The notes beneath the pieces are model-generated. The model was not told where the DNA came from and did no database searches. It saw nothing but the letters and a program-made list of their open reading frames with translations. From Candidatus Methanosuratincola verstraetei (GTDB lineage: Archaea; Thermoproteota; Methanomethylicia; Methanomethylicales; Methanomethylicaceae), in contig CP186953.1 in NCBI GenBank assembly GCA_049570475.1, positions 448,001 to 512,000 on the forward strand: 64,000 nucleotides of DNA, read 5' to 3'. Below, one piece after another: positions 8,726 to 18,235 of the stretch. Numbering within the stretch: the first letter of the stretch is position 1; every line of letters begins with the position of its first letter. A program made the position numbers and the translations under genes.

Positions 8726-10237
8726 TTGGGACCCTTAAGCGAAAGAGAGAGCGGGATACTTCTTCACCCCACCAGCCTCCCTTCGGAGTACGGCATAGGC
8801 GACTTTGGGCCGAAGGCATACCGTTTCGTTGAGCTGCTGGCGGAAGCAGGGCAGGGCTGCTGGCAGGTGCTGCCGCTCAACCCCACCAGCCCAGAATGCG
8901 GGAATTCGCCCTACATCTCAAGCTCTGGCTTCGCGCTGAACCCGCTTCTGATAAGCCCGGATTTGCTGGCAGCCGACGGGCTCCTTGAAAAAGGAGTGCT
9001 GGACGCGATCACGGTCCCCGAAACCGATAGGATCCAGTACAGGTCAGTCCACTCCGCAAAGCTTGAGATCCTCAAGAGGGCCTACAAGGAGTTCTCTAAA
9101 GAGAGGGGCGACTTTTCAGGCGATTATGAATCCTTCTGCGACCGGAACGCGTATTGGCTTGACGATTACGCGACCTTCACCGCGCTCAAGGAAGAATCCG
9201 GGCTCCCATGGCATCGCTGGCCAGAGGGGCTGAGGAAGAGGATGCCAGAGGAGCTCGAGCCTACAAAAAAGAGGCTCGAAGGGGCAGAATTCCACAGGTT
9301 CGTGCAGTACATCGCATACAGGCAGTGGTGGCGACTGAAAGAGCACTGCAAGAGGGAGGGGATCAGGGTGTTCGGCGACCTCCCTTTCTACGTGAGCCAT
9401 GACAGCGCCGATGTCTGGGCTAACCCTGAGCTGTTCAAGCTCGACGGCGATGGCAGGCCCCTCTTCGTCAGCGGGGTCCCTCCGGATTACTTCAGCAAAA
9501 CAGGGCAGCTTTGGGGGCACCCGGTCTACGACTGGGAAAGGTTGAGGGAGACTGGTTTCGAGTGGTGGATGCGGAGGATAGATCACAACTTGGAGATGTT
9601 CGACCTGGTCAGGATAGACCACTTCAGGGGGCTACTCGCGTACTGGGAAGTCCCCGGTACCGAGAAGACTGCGATGAACGGCAGGTGGGTAAAAGCCCCT
9701 TCAGAGGAGTTCTTCGAAACGCTCAGGAGGCGGTTCCCCTCCCTGCCCTTCGTGGCCGAGGACCTGGGGGTCATAACGGAGGACGTGAAGGCTGCGATCA
9801 AGGACCTCGGGATCCCTGGCATGAAAGTCCTGATCTTTGCTTTCGACGGGAAGCCAGACAACCCCTACCTCCCCGAGAACCACGAGGCCAACTCGGTCTC
9901 GTATACAGGGACTCATGACACGAACACTGTCAGGGGCTGGTTCAAGGAGGAGGCGACGCAGGAGGTGAAGGAAAACCTCTTCCGGTACCTCGGCAGGAGG
10001 GTAGGGGAGGATGAGATCAGCACGGAGATGGTGAGGCTGGCGATGGGATCGAGGTCAAGGCTCTGCATAGTCCCGATGCAGGACGTGCTGAACCTGGGGA
10101 GCGAAGCCAGGTTGAACGTGCCCTCGTCCCCCCTGAACAACTACCTCTGGAGGATGACGGGCGACCTCTTGGGCAAGGGGAGGCTTGCGGAGTTCGCCCA
10201 GATCACCCGAGAGTCGGGAAGATCGAGAATGCCCTGA
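8726..10237 (+). CDS. malQ: 4-alpha-glucanotransferase (amylomaltase, GH77)
   Basis: GILLHPTSLP, GVPPDYFS.TGQLWG, RIDHFRG, AEDLG, GTHD catalytic motifs. Confidence 0.96.
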   Translation: MGPLSERESGILLHPTSLPSEYGIGDFGPKAYRFVELLAEAGQGCWQVLPLNPTSPECGNSPYISSSGFALNPLLISPDLLAADGLLEKGVLDAITVPETDRIQYRSVHSAKLEILKRAYKEFSKERGDFSGDYESFCDRNAYWLDDYATFTALKEESGLPWHRWPEGLRKRMPEELEPTKKRLEGAEFHRFVQYIAYRQWWRLKEHCKREGIRVFGDLPFYVSHDSADVWANPELFKLDGDGRPLFVSGVPPDYFSKTGQLWGHPVYDWERLRETGFEWWMRRIDHNLEMFDLVRIDHFRGLLAYWEVPGTEKTAMNGRWVKAPSEEFFETLRRRFPSLPFVAEDLGVITEDVKAAIKDLGIPGMKVLIFAFDGKPDNPYLPENHEANSVSYTGTHDTNTVRGWFKEEATQEVKENLFRYLGRRVGEDEISTEMVRLAMGSRSRLCIVPMQDVLNLGSEARLNVPSSPLNNYLWRMTGDLLGKGRLAEFAQITRESGRSRMP

Positions 10238-10592
10238 GAAAAGCGTCATCCAGGAAGGATCTCTTTAGACGATCCTTAGGCAGCCAGCCGCAGCAAACTG
10301 TTTGCAATGCGCTGACACTGGAGAATTCACCAAAAACATGCTCTCGACAATAATCGGAGGGGATGGGATAGACGCAAGAACTCCGAGATCAAGATGGCTC
10401 AGGGGATTTGAGGTCCTGAAAGGCATAGGACTTTAAATCAAGCCACGATTGGACCAGCACAAAACCCCAAATCCACTTTGTAGAGAAGGCATTTTGTGAG
10501 CTGGTGTGAGGTTGACAACAGCACGAGGAACACATGGATCCCAATAAAAGGCATATTGGCAATATATGATACCAAAGGGGGGCTGGATTGAC

Positions 10593-12539
10593 ATGAAGGC
10601 TGGGAGAGATTTCGGGCCCAAGATCGTGCAGGCGCATTCGCTGCTGACTGATTTCGACATTTACCTCTTCAGGCAAGGCAAGCACAGCAGGCTCTACGAT
10701 AAGCTTGGTGCGCACCTGACCGTGTTGGACGGGGAACAGGGGACACAGTTCGGGGTCTGGGCGCCGAACGCGGACAGGGTCTTCGTGATTGGGGACTTCA
10801 ACGGCTGGAAGAACGAACACAGCCTCTTGCCTAGGGATGACGGTTCAGGGATATGGGAGGGTTTCCTGCCAGGGGTCGGGAAAGGGGCTCTTTACAAGTA
10901 TAGGATCGTCTGCAAGGACGGGCGTTGCCTCGACAAGGCCGACCCTTTTGCATTCAGGTCAGAGGTCCCACCTGCCACAGCCTCAATTGTCTGGGAACTT
11001 GGGTATGAATGGTCGGACGGGGAGTGGATGAAAAGCCGAGGGGAGCGCAACTCGCTCAGGTCCCCGATATCGATCTACGAGTGCCACCTTGGGTCTTGGA
11101 GGAGGAAGGGTGACGGCTCCTGGCTCACCTATTCCGAGCTGTCAGAGGAGATCCCGAAGTATCTAAAGGAGTCAGGGTTCACCCACCTCGAGCTGCTTCC
11201 AGTAATGGAGCACCCCTTCTATGGATCCTGGGGGTACCAGACCACAGGCTACTTTGCGCCGACAGGGAGGTATGGGGATCCCCAGGGCCTGATGCGCCTC
11301 ATCGACAGGGTCCACCAGGCTGGGAAAGGGGTCTATTTGGACTGGGTCCCCTCCCACTTCCCCACCGACGCCCACGGTCTGGGGTACTTCGACGGGACGC
11401 ACCTCTACGAGTACGAGGACCCGAGGAAGAGGTGGCACCCGGACTGGAGGAGCTACATCTTCGATTACGGGAAGAACGAGGTCAGGTCTTTCCTGATCAG
11501 CAGCGCGGCATTCTGGCTGGACAAGTACCACGCTGACGGGCTGAGGGTCGATGCGGTCGCCTCGATGCTGTATCTCGACTACTCGAGGAGGGAGGGCGAG
11601 TGGGCCCCGAACGAGCACGGGGGGAGGGAGAACCTGGAGGCGATATCATTCATCAGGGACCTGAACGAGGCGGTCTACAGGGAGTTTCCGGATGCCCAGA
11701 TGATAGCCGAGGAGTCCACAGCCTGGCCCATGGTCTCCAGGCCGACCTACTCGGGCGGGCTCGGCTTCGGGATGAAGTGGAACATGGGTTGGATGCACGA
11801 CACGCTCGATTACTTCTCAAAGGACCCGATATTCAGGAAATACCACCACAACGAGATAACCTTCAGCATCTGGTACGCATTCTCGGAGAATTTCGTGCTG
11901 CCCCTCTCCCACGACGAAGTGGTCTACGGGAAGCGCTCGCTCCTCGGTAAGATGCCAGGAGACGACTGGCAGAAGTTCGCCAACCTGAGGCTCCTCCTCG
12001 GGTACATGTACGCGCACCCGGGGAAGAAGCTGATATTCATGGGGGGGGAGTTCGGGCAGCGGAACGAATGGTACCACGAAAGGGGGCTCGACTGGCACCT
12101 GCTCGCTTACCCGATGCATGCAGGGGTGAGGAGGTGGGTGGAAGACCTGAACTCGACGTACGCGACGGAGGCGGCGCTGCACGAGCTCGACTTCGATCAG
12201 GGAGGCTTCGAGTGGGTGGACTTCAGGGACTATGAGCAGAGCGTCATAAGCTTTGAGAGGAAGGGCAGGTCTGGGGAGGTCGTTCTGGTCGTCTGCAACT
12301 TCACCCCGGTGCCGAGGGAAAACTACCGGGTCGGAGTCGGCAGGCCGGGGAGGTGGCGGGAGCTGCTGAACAGCGACGCGGTTCCATACGGCGGTTCAGG
12401 CTGGGGCAACTTCGGCGGCGTCGAGGCTGAGGAGGCCGAGGCTCACGGGCGGAGATATTCGCTCCGCTTGACTTTGCCTCCGCTCGGGGTGCTGTACCTC
12501 AAGCCCGTGGAGTCTGGGAGTGCAGATCGCGGGAGCTGA
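10593..12539 (+). CDS. glgB: 1,4-alpha-glucan branching enzyme (GH13, short form without the N1 domain)
   Basis: [34 protein letters not shown] catalytic triad motifs; start may be 10566. Confidence 0.96.
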   Translation: MKAGRDFGPKIVQAHSLLTDFDIYLFRQGKHSRLYDKLGAHLTVLDGEQGTQFGVWAPNADRVFVIGDFNGWKNEHSLLPRDDGSGIWEGFLPGVGKGALYKYRIVCKDGRCLDKADPFAFRSEVPPATASIVWELGYEWSDGEWMKSRGERNSLRSPISIYECHLGSWRRKGDGSWLTYSELSEEIPKYLKESGFTHLELLPVMEHPFYGSWGYQTTGYFAPTGRYGDPQGLMRLIDRVHQAGKGVYLDWVPSHFPTDAHGLGYFDGTHLYEYEDPRKRWHPDWRSYIFDYGKNEVRSFLISSAAFWLDKYHADGLRVDAVASMLYLDYSRREGEWAPNEHGGRENLEAISFIRDLNEAVYREFPDAQMIAEESTAWPMVSRPTYSGGLGFGMKWNMGWMHDTLDYFSKDPIFRKYHHNEITFSIWYAFSENFVLPLSHDEVVYGKRSLLGKMPGDDWQKFANLRLLLGYMYAHPGKKLIFMGGEFGQRNEWYHERGLDWHLLAYPMHAGVRRWVEDLNSTYATEAALHELDFDQGGFEWVDFRDYEQSVISFERKGRSGEVVLVVCNFTPVPRENYRVGVGRPGRWRELLNSDAVPYGGSGWGNFGGVEAEEAEAHGRRYSLRLTLPPLGVLYLKPVESGSADRGS

Positions 12540-12627
12540 CATGCCATACCCGATAAGGCATCCGAGTCCTCTTCAACCCCCATAGCGATCACAACTTATT
12601 TTAGAGCCCCCGCCTTGATCATTTACT

Positions 12628-12870
12628 ATGAATGACATCTACGAGCTGGCTCCTTCGATGAGGCTCCTCATAGCCATGCACAACGTCTCCTCGGTGGACC
12701 CAGCGACTGCCAAGAGCCTCGATGAGCTGAGGATCGCATCAGGCATGTCCGAGCCCGAGCTCCAGAATGCTGTGAGGGAGCTGCTATCCTACGGGTACGT
12801 GGAGTGCAAGGGTAAAGGCTACTACCTTAGCAGGCTCGGCATATGCGTGATAAGGAGCGTCTACACCTAG
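12628..12870 (+). CDS. Small winged-helix protein
   Basis: SLDELRIASGMSEPELQNAVRELLSYGYV...YYLSRLG wHTH pattern. Confidence 0.7.
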   Translation: MNDIYELAPSMRLLIAMHNVSSVDPATAKSLDELRIASGMSEPELQNAVRELLSYGYVECKGKGYYLSRLGICVIRSVYT

Positions 12871-12878
12871 CCCGGGTA

Positions 12879-13472
12879 ATGAAGATGAGGGCAGTAATGC
12901 ACATAAGCTGGGAATACCCGCCCTGGGTCGTCGGCGGCCTTTCTCAGGAGCTGAAATCGCTCCTCCCTGAGATCGCCAAGAGGGTAAGGACCATGCTTGT
13001 TGTGAGGGGCGACACGGACGGCGTGACCGAGGAGGAAGGGGTTCGGATCTTCAAGTCAGCCTCGTCGATCAGGAGCAGCCCCCACATACTCGCATACATA
13101 CATGCCCTCAATATCGACCTCCTGAGGGGGGCCTCGGCAGCGATCCATGAGGAAGGCAGCGTCCCCCTCGTGCACACACACGACTGGGTGAGCGGGATCG
13201 CAGGGGTCTACATCAAGGCCTGCTTCGGGGCCCCCCTGGTGACTTCAGTCTACACAACAGAGCTGACCAGATCAAAGGCACTGGGTTCTCTGCTCAGCAT
13301 GGGGATCTTCGACATCGAGAGGCACTGTTTCAACAGGTCTGACCTCGTAGTCGTCAAGTCGCCTGAGATGAAAGAGCACCTGAAAGAGAATTTCGGGCTG
13401 GATGGCGGCAAGATAGCCTTAGCAAGGAACGCCGATGAACTGATGGAGGCATACAGGGGGATCCAGGGATGA
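12879..13472 (+). CDS. Stand-alone GT4 N-terminal (acceptor) domain protein, no nucleotide-sugar domain
   Basis: WEYPPWVVGGL and HTHDW present; about 197 aa, no E-x7-E motif; ATGA overlap with the next GT4. Confidence 0.75.
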   Translation: MKMRAVMHISWEYPPWVVGGLSQELKSLLPEIAKRVRTMLVVRGDTDGVTEEEGVRIFKSASSIRSSPHILAYIHALNIDLLRGASAAIHEEGSVPLVHTHDWVSGIAGVYIKACFGAPLVTSVYTTELTRSKALGSLLSMGIFDIERHCFNRSDLVVVKSPEMKEHLKENFGLDGGKIALARNADELMEAYRGIQG

Positions 13473-14635
13473 GGATCCTTACAATAACATGGGAGTATCC
13501 GCCCCACATAGTCGGGGGGCTGGGCAGGCATGTCCACAACCTTTCGATCCACCTGGCCTCTAAGGGCGCCGACGTGACGGTCCTGAGCTTCACCGATGGA
13601 ACCTCCGAGAGGCATGAGAGGGCTGACGGCGTTGAGATCGTAAGGGTGAACCCATATGTCATGCGCTATCCAGACTTCGTATCATGGATAGAGGGGCTGA
13701 ACATGCTGATGGTCGAGAGGGCAGCTGATCTTGGGAGTTTCGACCTAATACATGTCCACGACTGGCTGACTGCATATTCTGGGATTGCGCTCAAGCACAT
13801 GTGGAGGCGCCCCCTCGTGGCCACGATACACGCAACGGAGCTGGGAAGGAGGAAGGTGCTCTCCAACGACAGCGAGAGGCACATCCATGAGATGGAGTGG
13901 TGGCTCGCCTACGAGGCATGGAGGGTCATATGCTGCAGCAAGTACATGATGAACGAGGTCCACTCGAGCCTCGGTTGCCCGATCGACAAGATCTCTGTCA
14001 TTCACAACGGATATGACCCGAAGTTGGCGAGAGCAAATAGCGCAGGCATGAGCAAAAAAGACAGCAGAACCGTGCTCTTCGTCGGGAGGCTCGTCTATGA
14101 GAAAGGACCGCACCTGCTTGTGGAGGCGGCCAGCCTCCTCAAGGACTGCAGGGTGATCATAGTCGGCGACGGCGCGATGAGGCCCTACCTCGAGGGGCTC
14201 GCCAGGAAACTGGGCGTGAGCGACAGGGTGACTTTCACGGGTCACGTTGACGACGAGACCCTGCTCTCGATTTACGAAGAGGCGTCGGTGCTGGTCATAC
14301 CAAGCCTCTACGAGCCGTTCGGGATAGTGGTCCTTGAGGCCATGTCGCTCGGGATCCCCGTGATCGTTTCGAACACTGGGGGGCTCGACGAGATAATCAC
14401 GGATGGGAGGGACGGTCTCAAGTTCCAATCCGGTTCTCCGGAGGAGCTCGCAAAGGCAATCGCCAGGATCCTTGACGATGAGGGGCTGAGGGCAAGGCTG
14501 GTCGAGAACGCCAAGTCCAGGGCAAAGGAGTTCTCCTGGAAGACGACCGCAGACCAGACCCTCAAGCTGTACAAGAAAGTCTTGGAGGAGTACAACGCCA
14601 ACGACTGGAAGCCGAAGGCGAGCGCCCGATGGTGA
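13469..14635 (+). CDS. GT4 glycosyltransferase, glycogen synthase-like
   Basis: WEYPPHIVGGLG, HVHDW, GRLVYEKG, EPFGIVVLEA. Confidence 0.88.
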   Translation: MRILTITWEYPPHIVGGLGRHVHNLSIHLASKGADVTVLSFTDGTSERHERADGVEIVRVNPYVMRYPDFVSWIEGLNMLMVERAADLGSFDLIHVHDWLTAYSGIALKHMWRRPLVATIHATELGRRKVLSNDSERHIHEMEWWLAYEAWRVICCSKYMMNEVHSSLGCPIDKISVIHNGYDPKLARANSAGMSKKDSRTVLFVGRLVYEKGPHLLVEAASLLKDCRVIIVGDGAMRPYLEGLARKLGVSDRVTFTGHVDDETLLSIYEEASVLVIPSLYEPFGIVVLEAMSLGIPVIVSNTGGLDEIITDGRDGLKFQSGSPEELAKAIARILDDEGLRARLVENAKSRAKEFSWKTTADQTLKLYKKVLEEYNANDWKPKASARW

Positions 14636-15609
14636 TGAGACGCGCGGTGGGGCTGGACATAGGGGGCAGCTGGATCAGGGCCGCCCTTGGAGACCAAAGC
14701 GGCAGGATCTTGAGGAGATCCGTCCGGAGGGTGGCGCGGGGGAGCCCTGACCAGTTCATTTCGGAGGTGATCGGCATAATCAAGGACGTCTGCAGCGGGG
14801 ATTTTGGGGAAGTCGAGGGAATAGGCGTCGGCGCCGCAGGGAGGCTTGACTTGAGGAAGGGATCGATCGAGTTCTCGCCCCACGCATCGCTCAAGAGCGT
14901 GCCGATCAAGGACGCAATTGAGGCAGAGTTCAGGAGGGGGGCAGTTGTTTTGAACGACTGCGTGGCTGCAGCCGTGGCCGAGGGGGCGGTCGGTGCAGGG
15001 AGGGGGATCGGGAACCTAGTCTACGTCGGGATCGGCACTGGGATCGGCGCGGGCATAATCGCTGACGGCAGGATCCTGCTCGGGAAGGACGGGAATGCCC
15101 ATGAGGTAGGCCACATGATAATCGATCTGGAGGGGAGGCTCAAATGCAACTGCGGCGGCCTCGGCCACTGGGAAGCATATACGTCGGGGAGCGGCATCCC
15201 CAAGTTGGCAAGATACCTTTCAGAGGGATTTTCCGGGGCGAGCAGGCTTGCCGAAATGGTTAGGGCAGTGAGCGGGGAGGGTGTCGAGGCGAAAGAAGTC
15301 TTCAGCGCAGCTTACGGGGGCGACCCATTCGCAAAGCTCGTGATCGGGAGGGCGGCAGAGATCAACGCCAAGGCGTTCGCGAACCTCGTGAACCTGTACG
15401 ACCCCGAGGCGATCACGGTCGGGGGAGGGCTTGCCCTGAAGAACCCCTCCCTGACAGTCGATCCCGTTGCTGAGTCGCTCCCCCGGCTTTGCTTCAACGC
15501 ACCCCCAAAGGTGATGCTGACCCCGCTGGGGCAAGACGCCCCCCTCGTGGGCGCTCTGCTCTCGGCGTTCGGTTCCGTGCGCTCAAAGATGATCCCCCAG
15601 ATGGGGTGA
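14629..15609 (+). CDS. ROK family sugar kinase (ATP-dependent gluco/hexokinase)
   Basis: GLDIGGS, ND, GTGIGAG, EVGH, CNCGGLGHWE. Confidence 0.9.
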   Translation: MVMRRAVGLDIGGSWIRAALGDQSGRILRRSVRRVARGSPDQFISEVIGIIKDVCSGDFGEVEGIGVGAAGRLDLRKGSIEFSPHASLKSVPIKDAIEAEFRRGAVVLNDCVAAAVAEGAVGAGRGIGNLVYVGIGTGIGAGIIADGRILLGKDGNAHEVGHMIIDLEGRLKCNCGGLGHWEAYTSGSGIPKLARYLSEGFSGASRLAEMVRAVSGEGVEAKEVFSAAYGGDPFAKLVIGRAAEINAKAFANLVNLYDPEAITVGGGLALKNPSLTVDPVAESLPRLCFNAPPKVMLTPLGQDAPLVGALLSAFGSVRSKMIPQMG

Positions 15610-16569
15610 TCAGAAGAAGCCCCTGAGCGCCGCGGCGTACTCCTCCGGGAACTCGGTCAGGCCCACCTCGCTTCCGTAAAGCTCTAGGAATGCCCTGTCG
15701 CACCCTATGCGCCTGGACCTGCCCATGATCCTCGCGTGCAGCCTGAATGCGCCATCCCCATGCCCTGGGGGCAGGGAGAAGACGCCCATTGTGACAGACC
15801 TGATGCCCAGCGCCCAGTACCCGCGCAGGATCCTGGAGATGCCCTCCGCCAGGCCTAGGACGGATTCCCTTTCGAGCCCGAGGAGCGAGGTCGAATCCTC
15901 TTCGAGGACACCGATCACCTCGCATGCCCCTGTAGGGGCCCACGGCGCGACCCAGGTGAACCCGCGGGTCTTCCCGACGTACCTGGGGGAGCTGACCTCC
16001 GACTCGAGCAAATCGTCCCAGAAAGATCTCGATCCCTTCGCGCGGTACGAGATGCACGAGGCGAGGCACTCCTTGAGGGAGGAGACTGGGGACTTTCCTG
16101 CGATCACCTGGAAGTGCGGGTGCAGTATCGATGCGCCTGCCTGGCCGAGGTGGTTCCAGCCCAAAAAGTGGAAGGGGCATCCCCTCTCGTCGGCTGCCCT
16201 GGCGAAGGCTGCGGATGCCGCTATCCCGTCTGCGAGCTCCTCAGGGCTGTAGGCGTTGATTCCCAACTTGTGCTCCGGTGTGAATACGACCACGCTGTGC
16301 ATGGACGAGAGCGGGTACATGTTCGGGAAGGCGACTGCCCTGCCCACCCTTATCCTGCCGGATTGGCAGAAATCCGGGGCGAATGCAGGGGTCGAGATCT
16401 CAAGGTTCTCTGGGCAGAAGGGGCAGCCCTTTGCGGCCTCAGGGACGGGCATTGCCTCCTGCTGCCTCGGCCTCCCCTGCCTTGCCCGGTTTATCCTGGC
16501 TACGGCGCCGGTCAGGGGATCTGTGCGGACTTCGACCTCGCAGGGGGCGGCGGCCCCGGTGCCTGGCAT
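15610..16569 (-). CDS. GalT-like (HIT superfamily) sugar-1-phosphate nucleotidylyltransferase
   Basis: EVRTDPLTG...R.GRP, CPFCP, FPNMYP, GASILHPHFQ (H-P-H-x-Q); start chosen at ATG 16569, downstream of the GH57 stop. Confidence 0.85.
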   Translation of the reverse strand: MPGTGAAAPCEVEVRTDPLTGAVARINRARQGRPRQQEAMPVPEAAKGCPFCPENLEISTPAFAPDFCQSGRIRVGRAVAFPNMYPLSSMHSVVVFTPEHKLGINAYSPEELADGIAASAAFARAADERGCPFHFLGWNHLGQAGASILHPHFQVIAGKSPVSSLKECLASCISYRAKGSRSFWDDLLESEVSSPRYVGKTRGFTWVAPWAPTGACEVIGVLEEDSTSLLGLERESVLGLAEGISRILRGYWALGIRSVTMGVFSLPPGHGDGAFRLHARIMGRSRRIGCDRAFLELYGSEVGLTEFPEEYAAALRGFF

Positions 16570-16585
16570 CCGGATCTCCGATCGC

Positions 16586-18133
16586 TCAGTGTGGCGTTCC
16601 AGCCTTAGCAGGCTTGGCACCCCCGGACTCGAGTTTCGACTGTGCCTCATCTATCGCTGACGAGACCAGTTGGACCAGCCTCTCGCGCACGTCCACTGCG
16701 TCCGCATCGCCCTCGAGCAGCATTATCTCCTCGGCGAGCCTGGGCAGTCCAAGGACCTCTCCGACCCAACGCCGCAGATCCCCCCTGGAGAGGTGGAAAC
16801 GCAGGGCGCCCACGTCGACAGACTGGAGGGCGGCCTTCAGCGAGCTCAGGTTCGTGGCCTTGACGCCGACCGGCTTGCCCAGCCCGGCACAGAAGTGGAA
16901 AGCATGCGCATCAGGGAGGTCGCCGTGGAGAATCCGGTAGGACCTTCCCTCTTCGCCGATCTTTGCATAGAGCCTGGATCTGAAGTCTGCGATGGTCCAC
17001 AGGAATGTCGAGAAGGCCTCCACCGGGCTGCTGAAGTGCGAGAAGTAGGAGTGTATCCCGCCGTCCACGCCCTGCTTGTCGCTCATGTACAGGAAGTTGT
17101 CGCTCTGACCGAGGAGCCTCCACACCCGCAAATCGTCCACGGACTTCTTTGCCAAAGGGTGGAGGTATCGCAGGTTCTCCAGGCAGTATCGCTGGAGTTC
17201 GTTGCCGAGCCAAGCGGAAAGGTCCTTCTCAGAGTCCGCCCCCGAGGAGTAGTCCTTCGCCTCCACCGCTCCCCTTGGATCCAGGGCTTCGGCTGCCTGC
17301 CCCGGTGTAGCCCATTCCACACCTTCCCTCTTCTGCGCCTCCTCCGGGAGCGAATCGAGGAACTCCATTATGCCGCTCCCCTCCCCGAAGTACTCGCCGA
17401 AAGCCTCAAGGTTGAATCCCAGCAGCACAAAATCCCCCTTCTGGGAGAGGACTTGATCCAAGTAGTACCCAGGCTTGAGCGGGGAGCCGCCAGGGCCGGA
17501 CTCGGCGAACCTGAAGTTCACCATGTCTGAGAGGGGATAGTTCCTCGGGATGATCCTCAAGCCCCCGTCTCCCGATGAATATAGGCAGTTCGGCGACCTG
17601 AGCCCGAGGAGCCTCTCGGTCCCCTCTACGATGACGGAATTGAACCCGAGGGCCCGCATCACCTTCCAGGCGTCCTCCCTCGAGATCAGCCCCGTGTTCT
17701 TCGCCGTTTTCGGGGTCTGCTTGAAGAGCTTCTCGGCGGCCATCCTCTGCATCTCCAGCTGGGCGGCGAGCTCCTCAGGGGAGAAGAGTGAGGAGATGGA
17801 ACCGTAGTACGGCTGGGCGATAAGCTCGCAGGATCCGGTTTCGACGATCTTCTTTATCTTTCCCACAAGATCAGGACCCCAGGCTGCAGCCTGCTCGAGC
17901 AGCGTCCCGGAGACGCAAATGGCGCACTTGAAGGCGTTGCGCTCGATGGACCTGAGTATCGAGTCCAGCGCCGGCAGGTATGCGGCCCTCGAGACGCGCA
18001 GGAATGTCTCCCTGTTGAGGGCGTCATCGAAGTAGAAGTTTTCGAGCTTTGTGCCTGGCTGGAGCGCCCTCCCAAACTGCCTCTTCAGGCGCCTGGGCTG
18101 GTGCAGTTCGAAAAGGGGTATGATCAAGACCAT
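16586..18133 (-). CDS. GH57 alpha-amylase-like protein (catalytic residues substituted) with a C-terminal DUF5752-like domain
   Basis: FELHQP, SG, PYY.S, SAWLGN..Q, SD..YM GH57 motifs; NTGL and NLEAFGE in place of NTEL and DYE.FGE; C-terminal AFHFC...ATNL..L......L.FH..RGD..RW. Confidence 0.85.
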   Translation of the reverse strand: MVLIIPLFELHQPRRLKRQFGRALQPGTKLENFYFDDALNRETFLRVSRAAYLPALDSILRSIERNAFKCAICVSGTLLEQAAAWGPDLVGKIKKIVETGSCELIAQPYYGSISSLFSPEELAAQLEMQRMAAEKLFKQTPKTAKNTGLISREDAWKVMRALGFNSVIVEGTERLLGLRSPNCLYSSGDGGLRIIPRNYPLSDMVNFRFAESGPGGSPLKPGYYLDQVLSQKGDFVLLGFNLEAFGEYFGEGSGIMEFLDSLPEEAQKREGVEWATPGQAAEALDPRGAVEAKDYSSGADSEKDLSAWLGNELQRYCLENLRYLHPLAKKSVDDLRVWRLLGQSDNFLYMSDKQGVDGGIHSYFSHFSSPVEAFSTFLWTIADFRSRLYAKIGEEGRSYRILHGDLPDAHAFHFCAGLGKPVGVKATNLSSLKAALQSVDVGALRFHLSRGDLRRWVGEVLGLPRLAEEIMLLEGDADAVDVRERLVQLVSSAIDEAQSKLESGGAKPAKAGTPH

Positions 18134-18235
18134 TCGGATACCATCGCTACATAATCTGTTGGAGGTCTTATTTCAACTTTGGCAGCGGATAGTTTTTTAA
18201 TTCCCGCCCACAAGGAGTAGGCACCGGCGATCGTT

